64,000 bases of DNA from Atractiella rhizophila (Eukaryota), in the NCBI GenBank assembly GCA_021432655.1, contig MU271422.1, positions 1 through 64,000 of the forward strand, given 5' to 3'. Positions within the stretch are counted from its first letter, which is position 1. Every line of letters begins with the position of its first letter. The notes below the pieces were generated by a model, which saw nothing but the letters and a program-made list of their open reading frames with translations, did not search any database and was not told the origin of the DNA. Below, in pieces: positions 1 to 11,800 of this stretch. The translations under genes were made by a program, and so were the position numbers.

Positions 1-24
1 TAAGTTGGGACATATCCAACAGGC

Positions 25-3000
25 TCACTGAGCGACGACATCCATGAAATCGACGGTCCGATGTTTCCTCTCACACAACAGTTCCCTCGCATTGAACGTC
101 GTCTCTCTCTCCTTGAGTTCCTCCCTCTCCACCACGTCCGTCTTCTTTCCTCCAATCATGCTCAAGCTCCCTCCCGTCACCTCTTGCGTCGGACAGCTCC
201 CAATAGCCTCGATCCCATTATACCCTCGCTGCAATATCTCTTCTTCGTTCACCAAAGTTCCCCACAGGTCCAGGAACGGTGAATCCTTCCAATCTGGCAT
301 CCTCGAATCGGGCAGCCCGTCGAGAAGGGACGCGTCACCCTCCATAAGAGGAACGATGAATTGGCCCTTAGCCTTGTCAGTCTGAACAGTAGAGTGAATG
401 TGAGTTCCCTTTTCAAGATGGTTGGTGGAAAAGCTCTTGAAGTCTTTATAATTCGGGTAGAGCATCGTGTAACCCCTGAGGTAGACCATCTCTATAAAGT
501 ATTTCTTCCAGCTCTTCGCCCATCTATTCGACCTAATATCCGGCACAACGATGTCCGAAATATCGATCGCTACCTCGCTCAATCTCAGAGCGAGGTACAT
601 GTGGAATTCCCGCCAGACTTCTGGGAAGTAGACTGCGCCCCAAGAGCAAGGGATTTGGGAGAGATAAGGCGTATAAGGATGCATCATGAGGTCTCCAAAG
701 AGCTGATGGGCGTCGAAATCCTCCCTCCTCTCCGGTCGGAGCTCGATATTCTTCTGCTGATAGAGACTGACACCATACATCCTCCTCGACCTCCTCCTCT
801 CCTCAGCCGTCCCATAGCGATAATTCAAGATCGCAAACTTGACCCAGGAGTAGAAGAGGGGCGAGACCTCGACGTCGTCTTCGAGGATTATGCCGTACGA
901 ATGATTCGAAGAAGGGTACCAAGACTCCACGATGGCTGGCATCAGACCTGCCTTCACGATTCGATGACGGACGGTCACTTTTCCATGCGGCCAATCGAGT
1001 CCATGTACGAGGTCCTGCGTCACTCGATCCGCCGTCTGTTCGAGGTTGATGGTTAACGAAACCTGGTCGCCAAGGTAATACGACGTCTGCAATGCCCTCA
1101 GAAGACGGGTAAGGGAGGAAGGACGGTTATCAGTGATGACGGCGAGGTCGATTTGTGGGGTATGCCACTCTGTTCACACACACACACATATACATCAGCA
1201 TTTTTTCCCCAAACATCAAATGTGAGGAACGGACCTAAGACTCCCTCCAAAGGCAAACTTCCGATCCACTCCGCCCCACCAGCCTCCTCCTTCCCCAAAG
1301 CGATGACAGTCGTCCTACCCTCTCCACCACCACCAGCCCCACTTCCCCACCTCCTCGCCTTCTCTCCAAACCAACCGCCCCAAGCCCTCAACGCGCGTTC
1401 CCACCTCTGTTCGTGGTCGCTGCCCAAGAGATAGAAGGCGACATCCGTCCCTCCGATCGTCGTTAGCGTCTCGAGGACGGGGGAAGAGAGCAGTCTGACG
1501 TCGAGAGCGCATAGGTGAGTGGAATCGTAGGTGGATGTCCCGGCGCCATGAAGGGATGAAGCGTCCTCTAACTCTTCTGAGGAGGCGAGGAAGAGCAAGA
1601 CTTCGTGACCCCTCTTCCTAAACTGGCACGCGATTGGCTCCCAAGTTCTGCCCTCGTCATCATCAGAAGCGAAGAAGACGACGCGTCCCCTCCTTCCCTC
1701 TCTCTTCGATTCTTCCCTCCCCACACCTGCTCTCACCAACTCCCTCAAGACGATCGGTTTCCTGTCTCCTTCACATTTCTCCCCTTCCTCCTCTCCAGCA
1801 TCATAATCTTCATCCTCCCCTTCCCTCTCCGCCAAAGGCACCGCCGCGCCTTCAACGCCTACATACCTCCTCAACCCCAACGCGAGGAACTCTCCCACAT
1901 GTTCCTCTCTTCCCGGGATCAACGACGTCCTCAACTGCACCGGATACTTAAACGGCGCCAAATGCTGAATCCACTCCGTAAGGACCACAAACGGGCCCCT
2001 GGGCACAACGACCTCCTTCGCGCCCACACTCCTCGGATCATCCCAACACGCGCCCTCCCGATCCCACCCGGTACTGCCGATCCACCTCCCGCCCAACTGG
2101 GGGACGTTCAACGACCTTACAAAGTGCTCCAACCACCCGTTCCCGTCGGGCAGGACGTCGCCGCCGCCTAGGATGAGGAGCACGTTCGTCCCGCCGAGGT
2201 AGCGCACGCCGGCGCGGACGAGGGCTTCGTTTCGGGAGTCGATCTCGTCCCCGAAGGTGGCGACCTGCAGCTCCATTTCTTCGCCCTCTTCTTCTCCCCC
2301 TCCTGATCCGGACCCGGGTTCGTTCTCTAACGCCAGAGCTACGTCTTCTCCCTCTCCGTCTCTGCAGACTACGAGGACACGCTTTGGGAGGAGAGACTGT
2401 TTGCGGAGTTTGGAGACTAGGATGGATGTTTGGGAGGAGGTGGAGAGGGGAGAGGAGATGAGGACTCCGAGGTTTATTTGGTCCATGGGGAGGGAAGAGT
2501 AAGATGGAGAACTGGTGAGGGTGGTGTAATTCAATCCTCTATTATTGGTCGATTCGAGAGAAGGAGAGGTGATCGATCTCGGTGGCGGAGAATTTCGACG
2601 GGGTGTTCGAGGGGGAGGGACGAGGATGGGTGCTATAGTTTGAGGCAGGTCTGGGAGAGAAGGGAAGGGGAAGAAGGGGAACGGAGGAGGTAGAACAGGG
2701 TGAGGAAGACGAAGAGGAGGGTGCAGAGCTGTATTCGGCCCATGAGCATCAACCTCCCCTTTCCTTTTCCAATACCCCCTCCACCAGCTCCGCCGCCGCC
2801 GCCACCACCACCGCGGTGTAAGACCCTTTCTCCTGGCCCTCCTCCTCCTCCACCACCTCCCAGTGAAGAAGCTGCGGCCAACCGCAACCTCTTCACCCCT
2901 CGTCTGAGATACGATCCCCACCCCTCTTCCCTCGGCACATTCATCTTGAAGCTCCTCACATCGGCTGGCGGGGTGAGCGGGAGGTGCAGAGGAGAAGGAG

Positions 3001-3781
3001 AGTGCGGATCGGTCGCTGAGAGGGTGTTGGAATGCCGCGGGGTGTGGAAGTAGGAGGAGTTTTGGAGTGCGAGTGCGAGGGAGGAGAGTGGAGAGGGGAC
3101 GGGAACCAGGATTCTTCTCTGATGTCGGTGGAGGTGCGGGAAGAGGAAGAGGGGCGAGAGATGGTTCGGATAGTCGCTTTATCGTCGTCCACCCAGAGTT
3201 ATGCAATGCAATGGGAAAAGAAAAATGCGTACCGACGACGATGTTGTAGATGTGGATGTGGAAGAGCCATTGACCCAACCCAACTTGCTTATCTGCTGGG
3301 CAGACGTAGACGGCGGGAGATAACTCCCCGCATAACCACTGCCATAAACCCCATTCGCATTCCCACTTCGCCTGTCCACTCGCCGCAGAACCAACGTTAC
3401 CACTCGCAGCACCCGCCTCGAACGGCATCTTCTTCCTCCTCCTGCCCACGGGGGTCGTCTCTCCGCTCTCTCCGCCTCTCGCCCCCGCCCCGCGCTGAGG
3501 GGGACGTCGTCGTCGGTGCCCAGCGCGATGGCGGCGGAGGAGGTGGCCTGGAGCGGAATGGACAGCCTGCGCAGGGGCGGCTTCTTCGTCGACGGCGAGG
3601 GAGGCATGCTGCTGCTCGCTCGCACTGTCACTGTCGCTGTCGCTGGTGGCCCTGGCGCTGATGCTGATGCTGATGCTGATGCTGGTGAGTCTGGGCCTGA
3701 GTCGGCGTGGCAGTCGAAAATAGAAGTAACCGTTCCGACGGAGCTGGGGACAATCAGTGCCATGCTCTGCCCGCTCACCAT
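25..3781 (-). CDS. GT-A fold (GT2-like) glycosyltransferase, type II membrane protein with long low-complexity N-terminus
   Basis: C-terminal exon has IILEDDVEVSPLFY (DxD-like) and LSQIPCSWGAVYFP..WREF. An intron at ~1170-1236 joins ...LPLEGVL to EWHTPQIDLAVITDNRP. A TM segment (LCTLLFVFLTLFYLL) lies at ~2680-2725. The 5' part needs frame changes in C/T-rich tracts, so the start is uncertain. Confidence 0.7.
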
Positions 3782-6044
3782 CTTCTCTTCGTCTTGTCTT
3801 GGCTGCTCAGCTGTTACTATGTCTAGACGTGTGCAGTATCAGAAGAGTAAAAGGGAGCTGAAATAACAGGAGGAGCCAGTACATTACATAGCCGACCACC
3901 TGGTTTCCCGTCGTCGCGAACGCAGGTCATGCCTTCGACCGCAACAGATGAAAGCGACAATTGGATCAGGAGAAGTTGGTGAAGCGCATGTGGGGTGATG
4001 CATTCATGTCTACAGTATTGTGAGAAAATGCTTCCTTCCCCCGGACCTTCTCCCATTGTCGCGCTCCCCATGCACATGATATCGGATGATATGGCTGGAG
4101 CCACAACAGATGCGTTCACTTGGAGTTCAGGAGCTCGGAGGGTAATTGGAGACTTTGGGCTATGCCACGTTCCATCCTCGGTGTGAGGCGATGAAAGTCC
4201 TTTATTATCATTCCGTCAAAGAAACATTGAAAGAAGTGGAATCACACATGATACGGCAGAAAGAAGGCTGAGAAGAGGAATCTTGTCGCATCCATGACAG
4301 TCCTTCTCTGTCCTTCATTTACATGTTTTCCCCATGTTATCCCATGTGCAAGGGCTCGGTTCGTTCAGACCAAAAGAACATTGTCTGCTCAATGATCATG
4401 AGACAAGTTTGGGCTCCCGATGTTGATGTAACGGTGATGCATGAAGAGACCATCTGCGAGCCTTACGACTTTCCTTCTTGCCATTCTTCCTTCGTGTCAG
4501 TTCCAGTAGACTGAGTACCCGACCTTGCCTCATCTGCAGCAGGGCTACATTTCAAGCTGCAAGCTCCCATTCAAATTACGATGAAGAACAGTGTTATCCG
4601 TGATCGAACGTACACCGATCACTTTGGTTCTCCCCCCGTCGCGTCTTCATTGATCCTGCTCTTGCTCTTCTCGTCCTCAAGTGTATGGTACGGACACCGC
4701 CATGTTGCCACCTATGGGAGGGAAGGAAATGCGACCTTTTTCGTAACATCTGTGAGCTTTCAAGGCAAGCAAAGAAGCGCTCAGTTGGGATCCTCTGTCG
4801 GGTATGAGAGGTAGAAAAGATGGAAATTAGACTCTCGTCTCACGCTCGTTCTTTCGTTTTCCACTTTCGCAAACAAGAGACTTCTCCTGACTTCTTGCTT
4901 TGCGCGCTCGTTGATTGTAGAACATTTTGCTTTGCTTTTTGTGCCCGTATTTCTCAAAGCATTGGCCATTTGGGATACCGACGCCTTCAGAGAGGAGTGT
5001 CATATGCTTTGAATTTCAACTCGACATATATGGTTGTGGTTCGTGCATCGCTGAACAAGCTCTCTCTCGATCAAGTATGGTCCTACTGTTCTTATTCTCC
5101 TAGCATCCTCTCGTCTTATGTGCAAGCGCTTTGACATGATGAGTGTATGGTAGCCATTGTTTCAAAGGCAACGAATATCCCTGCCACTAAGCACAGTAAA
5201 AGGATGGAGAGCGAAGAGCTGCCTAGCTTTCGCCTCGTAGCAGCCTTCAAGCCATGTTTTCATTCATTCCAATACCTTTTTTTGATTAAGCATCCGTCGC
5301 ATTCGCCCGTGGTACTCCGCTTCTGTCGATGGAGGATGGAGGAGCTGGCTAAGCTCCGGACACCATTGGACGCAGCGCAACCTGAATCTAGCAGTGTCAG
5401 ACGAGGAGGCGCCTCATCCCCCTTCCGGACTATCTTGCAATACACAAATCGCTCACAGGTGATGTTCATTTGGGATAGTTTCAAAGTGGCTTGTTGCGCA
5501 ATGGAAATTTTAATGTCAATCATGAAGAAGAAAGTGGAAACTCAATCCTCGTTAAGCAGAACCACAGCACCTCCAGCACATGGCGGTTTGCATGCCAGTT
5601 ATTGTTTTGTCAATCGATTTCAAGCTAAGCATCGACCTGAATCCAGTTGCAATGTTTCTTTTCGGTGGCGCTGCAACAGTCTGACACTCGAGTAAAGAAC
5701 ATCGTGATACCATAAACTGGCAGCTCTGTTCCCAGTGCTGTTGAGAGTGATTTGCAACACAAAGGAAGCATTGAAGTTGAGCAAAGAGGCCAGTTGCTGA
5801 GGAAGCGCGTGACAGTGGTGCCGTCTGCGTGCCGTGCAAGTGTACAATGAGTGCTCCTCTCGACAAATATGCTCTCATTTATACTTCATAATGCATTTAT
5901 GGTGTAAAACAACGCGTGTTTAGTACAGAGTACAAGCTCGGAGATCAAAGGATGCAAGGACCCAGAGGTTACGCAGGTTGGTCAAGGTGAGGGGACAAGC
6001 CGACTGTCCTAGTGGGGGTTGGTGGTTCATAGATGCTCGTGTCG

Positions 6045-8006
6045 TTAAGTATTGCAAGAGAGCGGTGAGTACCTAAAGAGAGCGTCGCCCATTCGGTAGA
6101 GGATGGAGACTAAAGAGATAGAAGTTGGTTTGAGGTTATTGTGACCTGTTGTGACGATGACGAATGACCGGACGTGTAGCTGACGGTGTCTGGCGTTCCT
6201 GGGAGAAGTGCTCACGACCGTCCTCGATACAAACAGCGATGCGGAGGCACGTCGCATGTTGATAGGCATCAGAAGAAGCTGCTTTTCAATGACTTCTTTA
6301 GTGCAATAAAGTGGCACAAGTAGTGTCACTCGCTGTGACAGCTCTATTGCGGTAGTTAGAGGCCGGAGCAGAGGAATCGCAGACAATGTCCATTGGATGG
6401 CCGAGGACGGTGCACGACCCTCGATCTGCATGATGGAGAGCGATGAGGAGAAGCTCTTGAAGTTCAGTGATCCACAAACACCTGGGAACAAAGCCTCCAT
6501 AGCTCCAGAGAAAGACATGGACACGTGAGGGCTGATGATCCAGGAGATACCCTCCCACTCGAGCTTCTTCTTGTGATAACGTAGTGGTGGAGTGAAGTGG
6601 CGTGTCTGTAAATAGCTGGCCCTTCGTAGTACTGGAGCGTAAAAGCGAATGCGCATCTGCCTCATCTCTTCTTCAACGAACGATTCCAGCTCCTCCTCCC
6701 TCTCCTTCACATCGAGTTCTCTGGCCGCACGGGCCATATTCGACAGACTGGCAAACCGCGTCTGGCCCTCGTTACCCACCCACTCTTCCTCTTCAGAAAT
6801 CAAGGAGCAGATGCAAGTCCACATCTCCTCCCGACCGTTCGCGACATCAACTAACCCAACCTCCTTCGCCTCCCGCATCTCCCTCTACTCCACAATTCTT
6901 GCTCCCCTTTGTTCTCGATAACTAAACGTGTCGTGCTCACTCCCGTACAAGCCCATAGACAGGTAGCTGGGATTCAACACCACACCGTCTTCCCAGCCAC
7001 ACCATTGGAGCATGCAGCCGCCAGAGCCACTGCTCCTGCAGAGGCTTTTCAGCGCAGATGGGCGAGGTTAGCAGTCGGAGGCAGATTAGGGAGAGAGCGT
7101 TGATTGCCGTGATGTTGGAGAGATGGGCGTCAGCTGGAGAAGTCGAGGGCTCGATTAGTCCCAGATGGATGTCATTCGAAAAGTACACCATCGGTCACTG
7201 TAAGACGACCAAGCCTGGCTCGCGGTTATTGGCCGAAGGATTATCGTCAGCCTGAACAAATTCTTTGGTGCGAATGGTTACGTTACCGTTCGGGTGTGAT
7301 GCTCTTGACCAGCTCTTTCAATGTTTCGCAGTGTTTGCTGGAGAAAGTACCATTGTAGACTTCCCAACCGACGACGATGACCTCTCCATCCTCCCTTTCT
7401 TCATTGCAAAAGTCCAGATGTGTCCCCGCCCCACTCTCTTCTCCAGGTCCCTGGGCTCGATCTCCGTCACTTCATCCATCTTTTCCGGCGCTCTCCTCTC
7501 CAAAACACCGACAACAGGCACCGTTGGTTCGTACCATGCCTCCCGTCCGCCTTTGCTTTGGGTACTCTCGCATGAGTGATCCACGCCAAGCCTTCCCTAC
7601 ACCCGAGCAACACTGCCCCTCCCCTTTTTCTCCCTGTAACGTGTTTCTCACCTTCCCCTCGAAGGGGGACGGGGAGGCCTCGATCGTTCCTCCGCACAGA
7701 AACATGGCGGGACCGAGCGCTTTTCTCAGAATCCCAGGTTGGGAATCGGAACCGCGAGACTTGCCAGAGACGGAGACGGCGATCTCGATGAGAGGATTGA
7801 AGTCTCTTTCGGATGGATTGAAGAGAGGGGCCGCACAGAGGCATTGAGAAGAAGGAGAAGGCTGACAGAGGAAGGGAGGTGCGAAAATGCGTGGAGAGAG
7901 AGAGTGAGGAGGTGGAGACGGAGACAGCAGTGGATGGGATTCGGTGGAGGGTTTGGATGATGCGCGGTAGAGAATTTGGTCTCAGTCTCGAAGGTAGGTA
8001 GGGCAA
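6045..8006 (-). pseudogene. Fragmented hypothetical gene of unknown family
   Basis: Chain of protein-like ORF fragments in different frames (MPYLPSRLRP..., ...EIEPRDLEKRVGRGHIW..., MREAKEVGLVDV...). The 5' part is duplicated at 14563-15300. Confidence 0.3.
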
Positions 8007-8708
8007 ACTCGGAAGTAGCCCAGACAGGCCCAGCGTCGAACTGTGCCTTCCGTCAGCACCTTTTCTTTGTTAAGAATTTATTTGAGGGTATTCTCCGAAG
8101 AGACGAAAGAAATCGGAGGGAATAAGCACATCTTGGACGGGATGTGCGGTAGAGTCAGTGAACTTTATTGAGCTTCCATCGGCGAACACTCACTGCATCT
8201 TCCGCTGAGTGTCAAAGACAGCACGATATCGGACTGTTCTCGAGTTTGTTTGCTGAGTGTCAAGCGTTTCTGAACGATCGGAGAAAGAGTCTCAGGAGTC
8301 CCGTGAGTCTTAAATTTATCGACCCTGGCATGTCGACACCGAGATGAGGGATGAGTTGGAGTTGGGGGGATGAATTTTATGTTCTCCCTCGTCAATTCGA
8401 TATTGTGCAGCCTTCATACTCCATATCTCCATTGGCTCAAGCGGAAGCATAACTTCACCTTAGCCACAACGCCACTTCTTCTTAGGACCGTTTTCCGATC
8501 CGTTAGACAAGAGATCTTCAGTGCTGGATGGTTCATCCTTCTTTTTCCTAGCATTCATTCCTCCGTCTTGCGAGTTGACAAATTGATTAAGTTGCGCTAA
8601 GCTTCCCTCCCTTCTTATCCTCACATCTTCACATTCATCTGAATTTTCTTTCATGCATTCGTACGTACGTATCATTGGATCGGAACGCAGCGGTACTGTA
8701 TTCCGTAT
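7245..8708. repeat. Copy 1 of ~1.46-kb diverged direct repeat, upstream of the NLR
   Basis: Starts cgtcagcctgaacaaattctttggtgcgaatgg and ends ...gcagcggtactgtattccgtat. Colinear with 14563-16043, with substitutions and indels. Confidence 0.95.
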
Positions 8709-8874
8709 TCCTTGTTTCTTCTTCCTCTTCTTCACAGCCAGTTCAAGTATTCTTTGACCACCCTCCCTCCTGGTAGCTCTCGTCCAGATCTGACACGCAT
8801 TCTCTCAGTTTCGTCTCACGTTCAACAAGGAGTTCTGGGTCAATCGTCATCGTTTTCATCTCGTGCTCTAAGCG

Positions 8875-11800
8875 ATGGACGCCTCAGCCTTCGGAAAGAC
8901 GCCTAAGCCTTCTTCAACAAATCCCAGCAACCATGAAGACCCTGGGAATTTGTCTGACGACGACCACGCATTCAGCGCCGATCCGCGAGAAGTTCCTCGT
9001 CCTAATGAAGGGATCGGAGTACAAAATCTTTCAGTATTGCAGCTGTACTCTCAACCTATCCGTTTCCTGAGCACCAACCCGACAATTTTTGGCTCACAAT
9101 TTCGCTTCCTATCGCGTACCGCATCTCCTGTTGCCTCCAGATCTGTTACCCGAACACCTTTCTCGTCCTCCAGCCGATCCCAAGTTCAAACCATCAAGAT
9201 TTTCAAAGTCCCTGACAATGTCAAGAAGACGAACGAACAAGGACTCCGAATCCTCGCTATCGACAACGGCGGCGTCTGTACCTTCTCCACGCTTTACATG
9301 CTCGAAGTCGTCATGCTCCAGGTTGGCAACCTCCTCAAAGTCCACGAAGGAGAAGAAGTCCGGCCGTGCGACGTTTTCGATCTCATCTGTGGCACTTCCA
9401 CGGGAGGGTGGATCGCCCTCATGCTCGGAAGGTTGGGAATGACCGTTCGACAATCCATCAGCGCGTACGAAGAGATCGTGCAGGACGTCTTTTCCGGGGG
9501 AGCTCCACTTTCGAATGAAGACTATGCATGCTCCGCAAAGACGCTCGAAGCCGTCCTCCAGGAGATCATTACTCGACACGCTCCACTGTCTATCTCGTCC
9601 TCTCGACTTCCTATGAAGGATGTGGCAAGACACGCCGGTTTCGTTCTCGGACCTCCGCCATTTCCATTGGCGGCTGCTTGACGTTAGGCAAGTGACGTGT
9701 GATGTTCCTGCAGTCACACCATAAATGTGCTCTCCATTCTCTTGTATGGGACGTGCTCTGTAACTCGTCGTAGTGCGCGAAGCACTGGGTAATGAACGTA
9801 TATCCGAAAACAGGCTGGGTGCTGCAGGAAACAAGCGAGGGTGAGGAGGGTGAACTACGGAGGGTAGCACACCTGACTTTTCGCCACTATCGCTACCGGG
9901 TCCGGCGCTAGGACGTAGAAGTAGAAGTGGACTAGACGATGGACCCTTGTTAGAAGCTGCTAACGGAAGTGTCGCTCAAGTTAGAGCGCAACCCAGCCGG
10001 GGTTAATTGTCGGCCTCGCTAGGGGCTGGGGTCTCTCTGTTCTGTCCGCTGAAGCGAAGGAACAGGGGTATACACGAATCGGAGCAGTTAGCGATAACGG
10101 CGACCCAATAACAAGGGCTACTACTGTATAAGGCATAACAGCTACTGCTATCCTCCTTCCTTCCCTGCCCCCTCTCCTTCAGCGGAGAACGACGAAGGTT
10201 GTGGCATGTAGCACGTCGTCTTACTTGACGTAAACCGCGTAGCATGCACGCGCTTAAAACAACTTTGTTGACGCAAACTAAGCATGCAACTGTGTTGTTT
10301 TCAAGATGTAGATAGGGGTTANNNNNNNNNNNNNNNNNNNNNNNNNNNNNNNNNNNNNNNNNNNNNNNNNNNNNNNNNNNNNNNNNNNNNNNNNNNNNNN
10401 NNNNNNNNNNNNNNNNNNNNNNNNNNNNNNNNNNNNNNNNNNNNNNNNNNNNNNNNNNNNNNNNNNNNNNNNNNNNNNNNNNNNNNNNNNNNNNNNNNNN
10501 NNNNNNNNNNNNNNNNNNNNNNNNNNNNNNNNNNNNNNNNNNNNNNNNNNNNNNNNNNNNNNNNNNNNNNNNNNNNNNNNNNNNNNNNNNNNNNNNNNNN
10601 NNNNNNNNNNNNNNNNNNNNNNNNNNNNNNNNNNNNNNNNNNNNNNNNNNNNNNNNNNNNNNNNNNNNNNNNNNNNNNNNNNNNNNNNNNNNNNNNNNNN
10701 NNNNNNNNNNNNNNNNNNNNNNNNNNNNNNNNNNNNNNNNNNNNNNNNNNNNNNNNNNNNNNNNNNNNNNNNNNNNNNNNNNNNNNNNNNNNNNNNNNNN
10801 NNNNNNNNNNNNNNNNNNNNNNNNNNNNNNNNNNNNNNNNNNNNNNNNNNNNNNNNNNNNNNNNNNNNNNNNNNNNNNNNNNNNNNNNNNNNNNNNNNNN
10901 NNNNNNNNNNNNNNNNNNNNNNNNNNNNNNNNNNNNNNNNNNNNNNNNNNNNNNNNNNNNNNGCTCGCACTCTTCGAGGAGTCATATGGAAGCAACGAGG
11001 AGTCCTCGCTACTGGTGGTCCAACAGCTAGTTGACCAGCTAGACTTCCACGCTCTATCCATCAAGCTGTTCGCTCTCCGTGCGCAGGAGGATTCAACTAT
11101 GACACTCGAAGAATTGGTAGAGGAGTGGAAGGAGAAAAAGACACTTGTTTTCTGGAACGAAGACAGTGAAGATACCATCACGCTCAAAACATCTCTATCG
11201 TTCTCCCTCCATTCTCCCGCTCTCAAGAAGCAGGGGGAGCGTGCTGTCTTTGCACTCGCACTACTGTCTTGGGTGCCAGACGGTCTAGCCCACCATGACC
11301 TGTCAGCACTCATTTCCAGGTCTTATGAATCTCAGGATATCTTCAAAGTCATTGCTGTGATTTTAAAGATTGGACTTGCCGATAACATCAAAGGTACTCT
11401 CCGTATGCTTGCTCCTATTCGTGAATACCTCAACGAACTTGTCACCGGCTCCAAATCACCGTTTTCAATGCCCGTGGCTTGGTCGCTCCTACCTCTTGGA
11501 AGCCATCTCATGCAGAAAGCCGAGTCAAATATTGAACAGTTTGAGATCCACCAGGATCAACACGCACTGTTTCAATTCCGTGAACAATACCCAAACCTTG
11601 AACATGTCTTGCTAAGGAGCTTATTATGCCTGTCAAACCCTTTACCCATGCTGCGGCATTTGGAGAACACATCAGAGTTTGTACGCATGAAACATCGGCT
11701 CTCAACTTCGCTGTTACAACAGGCGACGCATGCCGTGAACACAGGGTTGGGAATGCCCCTGTATCCAGGTTGCAGAGAGTCTGAATGGTTAAGACTAAGA

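Noticed and set aside
3823..6000. Short ORFs between the glycosyltransferase and the repeat
   Set aside because: No recognisable motifs or consistent exon chain.
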